A stretch of 64,000 bases of DNA from Lingula anatina (Eukaryota > Animalia > Brachiopoda): NCBI GenBank assembly GCA_051362555.1, contig CM120640.1:41704788-41768787 (forward strand), written 5' to 3'. The notes beneath the pieces were generated by a model. It was not told the DNA's origin. It was given only the letters and a program-made list of their open reading frames with translations, and did no database searches. The position numbers and the translations under genes are program-made. Every line of letters starts with the position of its first letter. Positions within the stretch are counted from its first letter, which is position 1. Shown in pieces: positions 40,247 to 54,914 of the stretch.

Positions 40247-40295
40247 CAATAGCGATACATAAAGCGCTGGCCAGCCATATCTCTCGCAGTCTCAT
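40247..40295 (-). CDS. collagen-EGF-PAN membrane protein exon 1 (signal peptide)
   Basis: GCCATG context; MRLREIWLASALCIAI then G|GTAAGT, phase 1; joins exon 2 to give ...CIAIGRG/QGPT. Confidence 0.8.
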
Positions 40296-42767
40296 GGCTG
40301 TGAAATTATTACGCTAAATTGTGCAGTGGACCAATTCTAAAAAGTCAAGAAAAGTGAAGAAACTATGAGCAGTTGGACATTGTACCTATTTTCATAACTA
40401 AAATTACCAGGATGAAAAATAACACCCTGTATGTGCCTGGGGTAACTTCTTTCTGAAATAGTTTGGGCACTGAGCAAGATCGAGAAAGGTGGAAAACACC
40501 CTTAGATAGACCCCTTACATGGCGACCAAACGACTATGATATCCAATAATGCATTAATGCATAAGGATACAGACACAATTCAACTTCTGTTCATATACCG
40601 TTTGATGAAGAAAAATAGAGGATAGAAACATAAAATTTGAGACTGACCTCATCAGATAGGACTACCTTTCGCCTCTTGTCGTGTCTGCAGTCAAGCCAGA
40701 ATGACGCACCAGCTGGTTTATGTCCCTCCTTTTCCTCTAGGTCACAACGCCCCAGCACCCGATTGTTTTTCGGCTTCACAATGAAGATGTAAGAGAAGAT
40801 AACACACAGGATCGAAAACGATGGTCAACTAACCGTGAGCATCTATCTCTCAATAGATTTTATCTCAGGTAAAATCTTCAACCTGACCATGGCTTGGACT
40901 CGTTAGGCCGCTTGCTTTGACAAAGATAATTGGCAGACATTTCTTACAGCTGGATGGAGATGAAGCCATATATTTTCAAAGGGGCAATTTATATAAACAT
41001 GAAGACAAAGGCTTCGGTATTCTCCTGTTGTGCATCCTGTCTTTGAAATTTCTCAAGTCCGAATATTCTAACGTTTGTTTTCTACCCAGCTAGCATTTTC
41101 AGAGGAAACTTATATTTTTTATGTGTGTGTGTTTATGTAATATGTGTAGAAAAAAGTCCAACCCCTTCTTCAAAAGGCACACACACTATTCTTTCTGCCT
41201 TTGCATGAGTTTGACAATGCACGATTTCCAAAGATTGTTGAATTATTTAATGATTCAAGGAGTTTCGCAATGAAGATGATTGATTGCAGTCAGGACCAAA
41301 ATATCCTACACAAAATCCTACAAAATACTACATTGTCGCAACTACTGCAGCGAGGCCATAGCATCATGGCATCATGGACTGCGGGTACTTTTTCCAATCT
41401 GCATGTTTCTGTTTTGATATAAAAATTCAAAACTCGTCTTGAACAGCATGCGTGGTCGTTACTGTTGAAAGACCCTGTAAGACATGCCCTAGTCAAAGAT
41501 GTATAGGTCCCTCGATAATGATTGGTATTTCAAAATAATTTTAATATGCTTCGAAAATTTCCCTCTTACTTTTTGTTTTCACAAAAAAAAAAAGAAAGAA
41601 AACAGACTTCAAAAATGTGATTTATATATTTGATTTAATGCATCAGAGAAAAACTTACAAATATTCTGTACTTCTTTCAAGTAGCTTATCGGTGACCTTT
41701 CTATTCAGATTTAGATTGGTCAATTGGTTGGAAGAAGCTGCGGGGTCATATATGTAATTGATTGTCGCACATCCAGTTTTCTTGCATGGAGGTGTCAATT
41801 TTCTCTCCTAACAAGGACAGCCTTTAATTATCTTGACAACTTTCTCTAGGCGTTGGTATAAGGGTATTGAATTGACGAGCCAAATATTTAAAGCCATCTT
41901 GGAAGCAAGTTCCCCTTCATTTTCAAGAAATACAGGTAATTACAATTTTGAAATAAGAATAAATGGCGACACGCTTTTGGATGCACACGGCAAATGGGTT
42001 GGAAAAGCGATAATGGTGATAATAATGTTAATGACGATGACTACGATGGGGGAGACAAGTGCGAATATATGAGCCTTTTGGCAGCTCTTTTTTTTCTCTC
42101 GTTATGTTTTCTTACTGCCCATAACAATGTTTTCGACATTATCGCAAGCGAGAGTGCAAAATATTTAGTAGTGCTTACAAATGTGTTGTATGAAGGATTC
42201 AGCAAGTCTTTGAAACAAAAGCACATGTGCCTGAACAGTCCCTGTAAGACAAGTTATGGTATTATTATACGTTATATTTTCCTGAGATATGCATTGCTAT
42301 TTATGTAGGAGAAAATACTCATAAAAATTTAACATATGAGTCACCTGAATTACGAACACTTTTTGGTAATATTTGCGTAAGTCTCACTCTTGCTCTCTTT
42401 GCTGTATTTATAGTAGCCTCCAAGGAATCGACAACGATTAAAAAGTGATATAAAAGATAATTTGGGGAATACAACGTGATTCGAATGCATCTTAAGTACT
42501 AAATGAGACACTGAAGTTGAAAATGAACATAAAACAAACTGTAGTTTTACAAACATAATTTTATTTCAGCAAATACAGTTAGGCCCTACAGCTAGTGAAA
42601 GTCATTTTGAATTGTAAATTGATAATATGACAAAGAAAATTTTCACGACCCCTTGTTCAAACTGCTTCTAACTATAATTTATTCTTGTCTCCTCAAGGCT
42701 CGGCTTTTAAAATATAAAAAGACAAAATATTTCCATTTCTACACTTATTCTCATTTTTTAACTATAT

Positions 42768-42769
<2 letters not shown>

Positions 42770-42808
<39 letters not shown>
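42770..42808. repeat. (AAT)n microsatellite
   Basis: About 13 AAT units. Confidence 0.9.
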
Positions 42809-42809
<1 letters not shown>

Positions 42810-43317
42810 TTTTATAAACTATTGAGTATGAGATATCTTATTTCTTTTAAGGCATGACTGAAAACATTTGCTCGTGCTTCAAGGTGCCACAAGATGAGCT
42901 TCTCCAGAAGGTTAACTACTTTGGCTACGTCAGGCTCCTGGGCCCAGAGTTCAATAATACTCATATAATTTCCATGTTTGTGAATGTCTGTTGCCTCGAT
43001 ATTTATGTATTTTTCTAGTTTCTCTAGAGCAACTGATCGTAGATCATTGTTTATCATCTAAACCGTGTATGCATCAACAAGGAGAATAGAATAGGATGGA
43101 ACACATTATGGCGGTTTCATATACTGGTATTAATCTGTATGTACGGTATGATTATAGTAGCTGAAGTAGGCCAAAAAGTCAAGCACATTTATCGCCATTT
43201 ATTTTGGAACCAACATATCAGAGCGCCTTCTACAGATGTACATTGATGTTCCACATTTACAAAAAAAAAAAAATAAATAAATAAAATAAAAATAAAAAAA
43301 TAATAATAATGAATAAA

Positions 43318-43348
<31 letters not shown>

Positions 43349-46300
43349 TAGGAATGGTATTCCATGGCGTCATCGGTAGGGACATACAATTAGAAGCGAC
43401 AGAAGTCAATAGGTCGCAATGGGCATGTTTTCTTCCGACAGTATTCTAGCTACCTTCAAGAATGACAATATAGCGCATATCTACGTCAGTTTTGTGATTT
43501 TAGACATAGATCCTTTGGTTAATTCCGCCTGAACCCAAGATCCCGCATGATACAAGCAATATTCGCTAAAATAATCGATATACTATGTAATATGCAGCGC
43601 ACTGCACCTATTTTATTTTAGAAAAAGAGTTGCAGTTAACCACATTATGAATAAACTTGATAAGTCCGGAAATAAACTGAATACAACTAAAAGACAAGAT
43701 ACCGTTTTGATAATCAACCCATAATTCCAAACATTTTCATACTTGTATGTGCACGCTGATGTCTAAAGCTAACTTATTGCAAGTGTGTTTTTAAACGTCA
43801 CTGCGATATTGGACCTCGTATGACCCCGAATCAAAATTAAATGTATAAATGCTTCATTCCAAAAATTTCACCTATACGCTTACTATTACTAACCAAGTAA
43901 AGAGAGAGAGAAAGAGAGATGCGCATGATGGTCCCATGACAGAATAAAAGACCCGTAGCTCGGAGGTAATGTCTATGCTATTCTTCGTCTTTTCCTTGGA
44001 TTAAATACCCGGTGCCTTTCCTCATCCAAGCAAAAAAGGTTTATTGGGTCCTAGATCCAAGTGAAGAAATTGGTGTCAACAGGATCTGCTGGGGAGCTAC
44101 ATGCGATAGAGAATCGTCTTATCCATGAAAATGGAAACACTCTGTCGATTGACACAATAAAAACCAAAGATGATACGTATAGACGTAGCAACTACCGATA
44201 TACTTTTATTGGGCTGCCTTATTGTATATGAACGTATAATTTTTCATTCGTCAAGATATCTCACACTAAAATATACATGTAGTCTGTTATTTATTGTGTT
44301 GAATTTTTCAATCAAAGTTTTAAAGACCGTTGTCTGCCAATAATCCCCCTTTTTTTAATTAATCAACATCAGTTTCATTTTGCAGTGCAAGTTGATCCAA
44401 TCTATATTCTTTGACATTTTTGTCCCTGAAGAGCCTCTATGTGCGATCACCTGTTTCGATGTTTTAAATAATTCACCCAGTTTGAATATAGTCCTATAAA
44501 TATATGAGCGGTTTATGTATAGAAAAATGAAATAAAATACCACACCTATTTTTTCATGTCACCACTGACTTTTTAAAAATACAACTAATAACCTTATAAT
44601 CACAGATTGATAATTGATGAATGCGGGGAATAGTTTTCGACTGCGTAGATAATTTTCTGCTATAGGGTTGATGTAAACCAACATCTAAATTATATATTTT
44701 TTCACGAAAGATAGAATCAAGGAGAATATTTAATCATTTGTAAATCACTGATATTTTCCCTTTAATATATAAATACCTTTCATCAATTTTTTTTAAAATT
44801 TAAATCAAATAAACCTACCTCTAATGTATATCCTTTACCATTTCACTGTTTATTGTCTTTTTCTGTATCTTTCAGTTATTTGAGAACTACCGGTATGTGT
44901 CACTTCTTTCCTCTACATAACATGAGCGTGAAAACAGAAAACCATGTGGTGTCGTCGGTCAGAGCACCGAGCTCGTGGATCTGATCACATCATCCACCCC
45001 CTCGTATATGTCGGGCCCTATAGTAAGTACCAGAACAACAGGAGGCCTCGCATTTACTCCTGCGGCACTAGTACTTAGTGTTGAGCCCTGGTGGTGGGGG
45101 ATATAAACAGCAGAAAACGCAGCGTTTTCTGAGGATTCTCGTGCCCTATGTTGCCTCGAATTATAATGCAATATTGCACCACCAATAATTCCAGCGTTTT
45201 TGATTAAGAGCGAGGCGCGCCTGAATCGTATTGGGTACTTGGACCCAAACGTTTTTCGCGTGAGCTAGGGTTGTGTGAACCTACCAGGCGATAGTAAGCA
45301 GTAGAGTGCAGGTAATAAGTTGAACCAGCGTTACCTGCGGCACTACTACTTAGTACCGATGGCTGCGATGTTGTATCGGTTACATCAACGCAACTTGTTC
45401 TCGAGGTCATTCGCGGTTGGTTCAGTGTCCAGCGAGTTCGAGGCATGGCCGGTTACGTGCACTCCGCTTCGTTAAATTTCGAAAAGAAAATTGGACATAT
45501 GTTTTGTCGTCTATCCTTGCTTTCGACAGCTACTGTGTGAGACTGCTGACGTGTCTGCCTGACGATATTCCCAGTATCATTTGGGAAACGGTGATATGAT
45601 CAGGGTAGAGAATAAACTCCTAGTTTTATGCAGGTCCTCACAATGTGACAAAGCTTTTTTCAAGACCAGGAAAATTTTAAAAGGGAAATACTGGTAGTAT
45701 AGTCCATGTCAGAAAACGAGCTGTTGTTTTCAAAAATCGATAAAATCAACTGTTCACGCAGCATGAGGGGCTGTAATTTCACCTTTGTTGAATCTCACTT
45801 CTGCTGATGTCTTTTTCGAGTATCTGGTTCCAGTTACCGCCTTACAGCTGACAAAGTTACCAAAAAGCCTCTTAAAAGTTGAGCAATCGAACAATGGATG
45901 GTGTACCTTGTTATCGGTTTTCGATCCCAACTAAAGCCCCAGCTCTCATCCTGAGCTACTGGCAGATACACTGAACTACTACCCATTGGAACGACCCATT
46001 TAAACACCATATCCTCAGTCATTGCAGAGGAAAATCAACCGATTATACGTGCTAATAAAGAGATAATAGCAACTCTACAATTGAATGATTTGCTAAATGG
46101 CAGAGAAGCAACTATTGAAATACATTATTCTATTAGTTTCAAATTACCGTCGGACAAGAGACTGCCTGGTCTTAATTAATCTTTGTAGCAGAGAGAGGTC
46201 GCACGTGCCTGAATATGAGTGAACAAATAATATTAAAATAATAAATTGAGGTACAAAATTCTTTAAAACTCACTGACGAATTAAATCGAAATTAATGGGG

Positions 46301-49300
46301 GATGGGGGAGCAGAAAGAGGGATGGGGTGAAGGGACGTAATGAGATAACGAATTTCCTATCTTTTACACCTCGATTTATTATTTTAATATAATATAATAG
46401 AACTAAGAACTCTGTCTCCTGTTGATCTATGTGACAAGTATATGATTGTCATGATCCCCCTTATACTGTAGTTATCGTCTGAGGTCGATGTGTCAGACAT
46501 GTCTGTCGGTTATGAGCGTTATAAAGAGCATTGTTCATATGTCCATGCCCATTATAACGGTCACAACGACCAGATCATGGGTACTGTTTTTGTTGTTGTT
46601 GAACGTTTGTTGATCTGGAAACCAATGGGGAAAAAGGTGTTGTTAGTCACTAGCGGATGTTTTCAACCAAACAAAAATTGAGTCACAACGTCATATGAAA
46701 TTAATGTATAATAAAGTCATTCATGCATAAGATATAAATATTCCAAGTTACTTCCAATTCTTGCCAATATTTCTTATTTCTTCTTCGTGGGTTTTAAAGT
46801 TGAAAGTGACATTAAGTTAAAAAAATACAATATGCAATATTTAACTCAAATTTATAAACGTTCTGCTGTAGGTAACGTTTAAGAATTATGGCCAGGGCCT
46901 AAGGTTAAACAAGAATTATGAAAATTGAACGGGGAATATTGCTAAAAAATATGCCCCTATATCTTTGCAATATGTGGCATATAAAGCTATCATCACTATA
47001 CATCATGTATGCGAAAATACATTTATGTCATATTCAACAAACAAACAAATAAATGAAAACAATGGTTATTAGCACATTCTATTGCAAAGGACACCTCAAA
47101 AGACCGTATTTTAAAAAAATATCCACCTTTTAGGTAAACTAGCTAGTTTCGAAAAACATTTTACTCGATTCAAAACTCCATTGTTACCGGTTAATCTCCA
47201 TTGAAAATTTGTATGGTTTCTTTTAAAAGCGAATGTTGTGCAGTTCGGCATACCCCTAATATTGCTAGGTCAAAGTTTTCCAAAATATATCACGCACCCC
47301 TAAAATTTTTACGAGTTTTTATATTACTTTGAAATTAATATGTGCATCCCAACAAAATAGATCGTCTGCTGTTGTCGCATGTCATTTGGCGCCCGCATAT
47401 GAGAGACACACTTATTTTGCATTATTCAAGAGCTTGGCGACTACTCACAGGACAAAAGGTATATGATGATAAACTAGTACCTTTTGAGACTGAGAATATT
47501 GCTCCAAAAAGTGTCGCTCTGTCCCAAGTCTCAAATTCTTTACTGATATGTACTTCTATTCCTAACTTTAGTCAACCGAAAAGAATATGGTAATTCCAAA
47601 ACCAAACCAAAGATCAACCATGGGAGTAAATTTTCTCTCTATTTCTTTTTATATCTTTAATATTTATTTCATTGCAATAGATGACTTAATGTGGATCAAA
47701 ACAAATGTTCAATTACTACAGAATACACACAAATGTGAAGTTGTGACCGACCAAGCAGTGCAAATAGCACAATGCCTTGAGATCTACGAAGACAGCGAGG
47801 CTCAAGTGTTAGGTTACACTTAATATTAACTACGACCTGTATTGTCTGCATTCGCTGAAATTACAACCGTTACTGCAGTAATATTTCCTTCATTTGAAGA
47901 AAGGCAGAGGAATTATGCAAATCGACACAGTTAAGTTGATTAAAATAGGTACTTTGTGCACCTGGAATATAGAAGAAAAAAGTGGCTTTAATGAGGACAG
48001 CTTGTTAAACTAGAAGTACTCGACGACAGACGTTCATCTTTCGCTAGCATCACGTGTGTTACACGAGTGGTAATTGTTGCAGTGTTGTAGTACACTTAGG
48101 TCACATTGATTTAATGCATAACGATAATAACCGAAAGAAACCTAATGAAACGAAGTATAGAAAAAAATTAAATTATTATTTTTGATTACTTCCACTGAGG
48201 AAAATTCTCTCTAAAACCATACCAAGTGTCCACCTTTACATTTTCTTTTAACATTAAGTAAACTCACCGACCTTAACTTGTTAAGACACTCATACGTGTA
48301 GATCCTATTATGCCGTTGTCCCTCATTCTTACCATCTTAAAGTCCTCAGCCCTTTAATCACTATGTCAAATTTGGGGGCTTTCCGAGGCCTGCCTCCCGT
48401 CCTTAACACCACTCGAGTCCAAATGTTGCACCGCTGGCCTTACTTATGCTTAAAGGTACCAAGAAATAGATTTTCCTTTGTATCGTAAGATTAACTCCTT
48501 GTTTGCAATCTGTTTTCCCCATCATCCGTCATCAAACCCGTATACTGAGTGTCATGAGGCGTTCGATTCACCCGCCATCATGATAACCACGCGCAGGTGC
48601 CACGCGCCGAGGGTCAAAGAGGGCCACCTGGCCGACATAAACTGACACCTATTTTTGATTGAATGGACACTCGCATTATTGCCCATCACGATCTATCAGG
48701 CTCGGTTCTCTACCTATCTCGTGTCCGATGAAATATCAAAAACCGTTCTTCAGACGTTTTGCTTTGTATATTGAATCACTCAACCTTACCCTACGGGTTC
48801 TTAATAATGCAAAACAGAGAAATGTAATATAAAAGTTGTTGCGTAAGGATAATGTTAAATAATATGAAGTCCTTCATTACACGCCTTTAAGTATAAATGT
48901 GCTAAATTTACTATCTGTATCTTTGTACATGTGAAATATATATTTCTAAACATAATTTATGTTATCATTTCACCTGTTAATTTTTGTGTCTTAATGCGGA
49001 CATGCATACAGCATTATCACACCGATGAAATGTTTGAGGACAGTATCATTTTATTTGCCAGCTTGACGCATATTTAGCAATAGTGTATTTTAAATCTTGG
49101 TGTTAAGTTAATATTAAGAGCATTTCGATTTTAAGTTTTTATGCATCTAACTGCACCGAACAATGTTTCTATCTACCTTACTTCATTATTGAAAGAAATT
49201 TGCAACGGGAATATTCTATTCACCGATTTCCAACTGAATCCAGCTAATGATAACGGTATATTTCATTCTCTAATTGTGCCGTTCTAAGTGCCCGTAGCAA

Positions 49301-52031
49301 AGCATATGCTCGTCGCATGTTATAAATGATGTATGTACATGGAGATCTCTTTGTCTGTACTTTTCCTACCAGATGTGGTTTTATTTCATTGCCAGCTCTA
49401 TGTGCACTGCACGCTTGGTTAACAGGGGACAGCTAACGAAGCATGGGATGCACCATTGTATGGTTCTCGTTAAGAGTGCGGCTGGAAAAGAGGATTGTTT
49501 TATACTTAATGATGCCATCACGTGGGTTTACCTGACAACTGTTTTATTATTTTACACTGACGTCATTGCCACGTGCTTCTCGGGCTTCGATAGTATTAAA
49601 TATTATGGTCGTGACATCGATTATTTTGTCTTATCTTTAGTAGATTTCTGGGGTTTTATTTCACTCTAAAGTTGGTTTGATATTTCAGCAATGTCAACTG
49701 AAATATGGTTATCATATTATACAACTCCTACAAATTATACATAATGTGTATTATTTATTTAGTCTGCTGGCTTATCATCTGGCTAGACTGCCTCTTAATA
49801 TATACCAATAATCGCTTGCATTTCATATTCTATATTGCAATGTGTGAGTTTTTGTTATACAATGCAAGTAAATCATTTCAATGTTAACTGGGGTATCAAT
49901 GAGAACTTTATAACGCGGTGGACGTCTTGATAGGAATAGAATCACCTAAAATGTGTTTTTTTTTTGTGCAAGATTTGAAAAATATGAAACGAAAACAATC
50001 AAAGTGAATAATGTGACACAGCTCTTTTTTTCTGAGTATCACAATATTAACATAAGGGACCACAGCCTGTGTTAGAAGAGTTAACTTTATCTGTGTTGTA
50101 ATGCAACTCCCCACTAAAACCCGAGCACATTAATTGTGTACTGATGACATTAACGACTTGACAAAGGATGTGTTAGGTTATCCCGTCTTCTGGTCTCCAT
50201 CGAATTTTATCATATCAATAAAACACGCGGTAATTCAGATGAACTTGATGATTTGAGATTTTTGGACTACGTTTGTAGGTTTGACTTCCCCTATTGAATA
50301 TTAAAAACCCAATCAAATTAAATTTTAACATCGCTGAATTAAGACTGCATTGCTGTGTCGTCTTCAAAACCAGCTGGATATCAGGCATTGTGCAGGAAAC
50401 GATAGTCTATACTAAGCTTTACGAATTATGAAATAAATAAATGTAATGATATCAGGCAGGACGCCGGGCGTCCATTGTAATTATCAATTACAGCTAATCA
50501 TTTTAGATTGTGAAGATGATTAAAACTCTCATGATGTAAGCCATGTTCAATGGAAGGATATCAGTTTTCCAAGAACGATCGTTAGTGTGTACAATTTCCG
50601 CTAATTTTGTCGTTAATCTAGTCATACAAAGCACATACATACACGCCAGTCTGCTCGTTGCTGGCAACAGGTGTGTCCTCTACAAGGTCCTCTTTAATTG
50701 TAAAACTGATGATTTAAAGAAGTGTCTAGTGTTTTTTTCTCTTTCAACAAAGACATTGCCAAACTCCAATTCACCGTATATACAGAACTTTAGGGAATAT
50801 AGACAAAAGATTTTACTTACTGGAATTGCATTCAGAATTATCCAATGATAGCGGAGCTGGTGCTCCCCCTGTATTCCCGACGAAGTATCAGCATCCGAAA
50901 AACTTGACAAGTAAAACGCCAGGGATCGCTTCTTTTATTAAGCGAGCGCATCACGGACAAAATCATTTCTGTGAAAGTTGGCCATTTTGACATTGGAAAC
51001 CTATATTTAATTGTTCATTCACTAGTCTCGATTCAATGCATCTTGATTGTTGACCTGCTGTCGCACGCCCGCATCTCAGATGACGGAAAGTCCTGACGTC
51101 ACAACTTAACGGCAGTGGTTTATTTTTCTGTGATTGTCAAGACTTTATGTAGTGAATACACTCTCCGTCCCTTTCTCTCTATTTCTCGCTAGGTCTTTTG
51201 TGCATGTCCCTTTGTTTGTGTTTATGTCCATATATATAATCTTTTCTCTCTTTCTTTATTATCCTTTATTATCTACTGGTATTAGTAATTACATACTGGT
51301 ATTCTGAACAATGTATACGTGACCAGTTCATGTTTGTCAACAAAAAAAGGGAAACAGTAGCCTGGATCGTCGAGGATATATACAAATGTAGGTGAACTTG
51401 AGAGGCATACAAGTAGTTTGTCATATTTCACTTATACTTTTTTATGGTGTTTTTTTTTTTTTGGGGGGGGGGGGCATGTTATAAAATGTGGATCAAAATC
51501 AAAATGCGTCGATTCGTTGTTGAGCATGAAATTCCATGTTAAAATAAAAGTATTAATGAAAAATATCATCCCATTGAGCGGAAAAGGAGTTCTAGATTAC
51601 CAAACCATGATAAACAGGCCGTTATGTTAATCCATTTGTCATTCGAAACTCTGCGTTATAGAATCGTTTCTGGTTTTTAAAATATTGATCATCGCCATAT
51701 GTTACTATTAAGTTTCAGCTTTGTTAAAAAATACGCTATCAAATGACTTTGAAATCCATTTTATACGACGATATGGTCAAGCACGTGGCTCTGTGGCTGT
51801 AATACTGAGTAATTTGACTTAAGTTATTCATACCAGTTAAAGTTGAGATTCTTTTAAAATTTAAGAATACAATAGCTGTTGCGTACATGGAGCCCATACT
51901 TTCTCTCTACCAGAGGCCCTTCTAGCTGTTACAAGGCAAAGGACTTCGTCCAATTTTGTAATAGCAAAAAAGGCTTCTCGTAGACAGTAGCCCATGTCCA
52001 GTGAGCAGACTTTGTATTTCCACTGAAGGGT

Positions 52032-52169
52032 TACCCTCTACCAGGGCGACAGATTGATTTTTCACAAGATATTCACAGATATACTGTATCTTTAGATAAA
52101 TAGACGGTCATTTTGTTCTCTGGCTTTTGGAAAATTTGCCTATATTATCTGCCACCCTGGTAGAGGGTA
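52032..52169. mobile_element. small MITE with TACCCTCTACCAGGG TIRs and 9-bp TSD
   Basis: TACCCTCTACCAGGG ... CCCTGGTAGAGGGTA; CTGAAGGGT at 52023-52031 and 52170-52178. Confidence 0.85.
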
Positions 52170-52515
52170 CTGAAGGGTGCTCATTCATGTTAAATTAAGC
52201 TGTTGTTTTGCTGCATACGTCAGCACCCCGAGTTTCTCATAAATAAAAAAACTCACCTGTATTATCAGCAAAACCATCTGTCACACAACAGAGGATTTTC
52301 CGGCGACCTCTGAAACTCACGGTGTTCGCTAGCTGACCGAAATTAAAACAATTTTTTCGAAAAAAAGACAATTTATGCGGCTGGATACCCATCTTTTTTC
52401 TAACAACAGTACTCAGGGTCGAATCCGCCTTTGCAATACCGTAGATCCAAACCAGCTGATTGCTAGGGTGAATACCAGGATTTGACATCACAGAAACGTA
52501 TTCACATTCAAAACA

Positions 52516-52516
<1 letters not shown>

Positions 52517-52572
<56 letters not shown>
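52517..52572. repeat. (AAT)n microsatellite
   Basis: About 18 AAT units. Confidence 0.9.
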
Positions 52573-52574
<2 letters not shown>

Positions 52575-53819
52575 TGATGATGGTTGGTGGATATCAGGTA
52601 AAACAATTTTCCAGCTGAAATCAGTAGGTAAACAGCGACCCGCTCTCACGTCTAAAATTTAAAGTACCGGGGTAAGGTCGAGTTGGAAATAGATTGCTCA
52701 GAACACAATAATCTTCTGTGGAGATTTTTGTACAAGTCAAAACTTTTCGGACTTTTTAACACCTGGTAGTTGGTAGTTTTGACTGCCATGGTTTTACATA
52801 TCTATATCATTGAATTCTAAATTTCGCCTTCATCCGCATGCTAGATTAAGTTAACATTTACAATAAACGAATGATCTCTAAGAAACAGGTTTTAGGTGCA
52901 ACTGATAAAGAATTTAGGAGGTATGCTCATATTTTATATTCTTGATTACTAGCAAGAAGGCAAATGTAAAGAGTTGATGTAAATAATTTTCTTTATACAT
53001 GTAGAATCCAGTCAATTTTTTTCAAATCCTGCATATTCATACGCCAGTCTGGCGCAATTTTATCATTTTTTTTTTTTTTGGGGGGGGGGGGGGGAGGGGC
53101 GTTGTTATATTTTGTACATGATCTGAAATATGAAAAATAAGAAGTATCATTCCTCGACTTTCAAGTGAGATGCTCCTAATAACCTGAGGGCAAAAATAAG
53201 CCTTGCAGCAACTAACAGACCCACACCTTAGATACCGACATGAGCATTGACTCCGTCGAGGTAAAGTAGCTAGCGTGGGCATCTCTTTAGGCATGGCAAA
53301 TAAACAAAAAGGCAAGTATGCTGAACTATCGATGATGTACACTAGGCGTTTATCCACCATGAAAACAATTCAAGTCTTTTAATGGCAGAGAAAGAAAGGG
53401 GGTTTTAACCCTTAAAATATTTCTCTTGTTCAACTATTGGGAACGTTATGTGTGTGTGTGTGTGTGTAGAAGAAGGAATAAATTTCCTTTAGCTGTATTA
53501 AGAGGCCTGGTTAAAAGAAGGGGGTGGGGAGCAGCCAACCGCAAAGCGTCTCAATGCCTCTTGACAGACGACATAACGGATCATCTGGGGTTTTATGGGG
53601 CGCGTGTTGAGCATAAGGTGGAACTTAAAATGCGATTTGAAAGTATTTACCATTTTCACGCGTTCCTGACCTTGCAAATAGAGTGAACAGACCTGTGACA
53701 AATTTTGTGTATCGGATGACAATGTGTGAGCTCAGCCTCATCGGATTACAGTTTAACCTGTAATGCCTTATTCACCCCATTTGGTCGACAATAGATAAAA
53801 AATACGTAGGTGATGGAAC

Positions 53820-53835
53820 GTGTGTGTGTGTGTGT

Positions 53836-53871
<36 letters not shown>
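53820..53871. repeat. compound (GT)n(GA)n microsatellite
   Basis: Directly visible dinucleotide runs. Confidence 0.9.
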
Positions 53872-53875
<4 letters not shown>

Positions 53876-54722
53876 AGGTATCCCATACAAAACATACAAC
53901 ATAGGCTCCTTCGAGTATTTTAATATATATCTTTAAAATTTCCTTTTAGCCCATTCATAACCAATAGAAGATCGAACACAGCAGCGATACTCTTTCTAAG
54001 ATTTTATAACATTTGAAATAAAAAAAAAACATCTAACTGCATGCTACTGCCACAAAGCCACTTATTTTAGATATAAATTTGTTTTTGTATTAAAACCAGG
54101 TAGACAGAGAATGAACATGTGTATTATAGCCAAACCAGCTGTAACCAGTTAAGGTAGCTTCCAAAGCACAGCCCTTTGCCGTTAACTCTATAATAACGTT
54201 GGTTAATGAGCATGTGATATAAGGTCTGGCGGTTTTTTGCTTCTGCCAAGGAGTGGCTGGAAATAAAATTTCTACATAGCGGCGTGCTTCAGAAGATATT
54301 CACTCAACGTGGCAAAGCGAGGCCTATCGGTACGATTCCGTGGAATTATCTCACTGTTAGGTCACATCTTAGTTCCAATCATTTCAATATCTCATTAGAG
54401 ATTCTTCTCTTCAAATGATGGCAATGTCTCTGTTAAATTACACTTTTGGTATGAGATCATGACGTGATTTGCTGCAATCGGTAATTTATAGCCAAGCGCG
54501 CTGGCATACTTGAACTCACCTGGACTCACTAGATTGCCAATGGTTTCTATAACATTTCGTTGGTAATATAACCTATATGAGGACGTTAACTAAAATGACC
54601 TATCACATTGAGCACAAGTGGAATGACACACTACAAAGCAGCGAAAAAGAAATAAAATAAATTAAGAATTAGTATAAAAAGAAATATTTATCTTATTAAC
54701 AAAAATACCAAATATAAATGAT

Positions 54723-54914
54723 TATATAAAACAGAATTTACAGTTCCTGGCGCAGAGCCAGTAAGAGGTGAGGTGGAAGAAACTTGATTCCTCGCGCGCT
54801 TCAGGTTTTCTCGTCTGCCAGAAGAATTACGTTGTTTGTTTGGGTTATTCTCAGGGAAAGTCAGATAGAGAGGGAGAGGGGGCAGCAGCAATACGTTTTT
54901 CGGTTAAGCTGCAG
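54723..54914 (+). promoter_or_regulatory. putative TATA box and non-coding first exon of the DUSP-UBL-BTB gene
   Basis: TATATAAA at 54723-54730; consensus donor CAG|GTAAGT at 54914/54915; acceptor TGTAG| ends at 55427, one base before the ATG at 55429. Confidence 0.5.

Noticed and set aside
42812-43057. 81-aa protein-like ORF on the minus strand
   Set aside because: No family motif or convincing splice sites; possibly a TE fragment but unsupported.
48370-48450. Faint resemblance to antisense 5S rRNA or a SINE head
   Set aside because: Similarity too patchy to support by eye; no intact internal promoter boxes.
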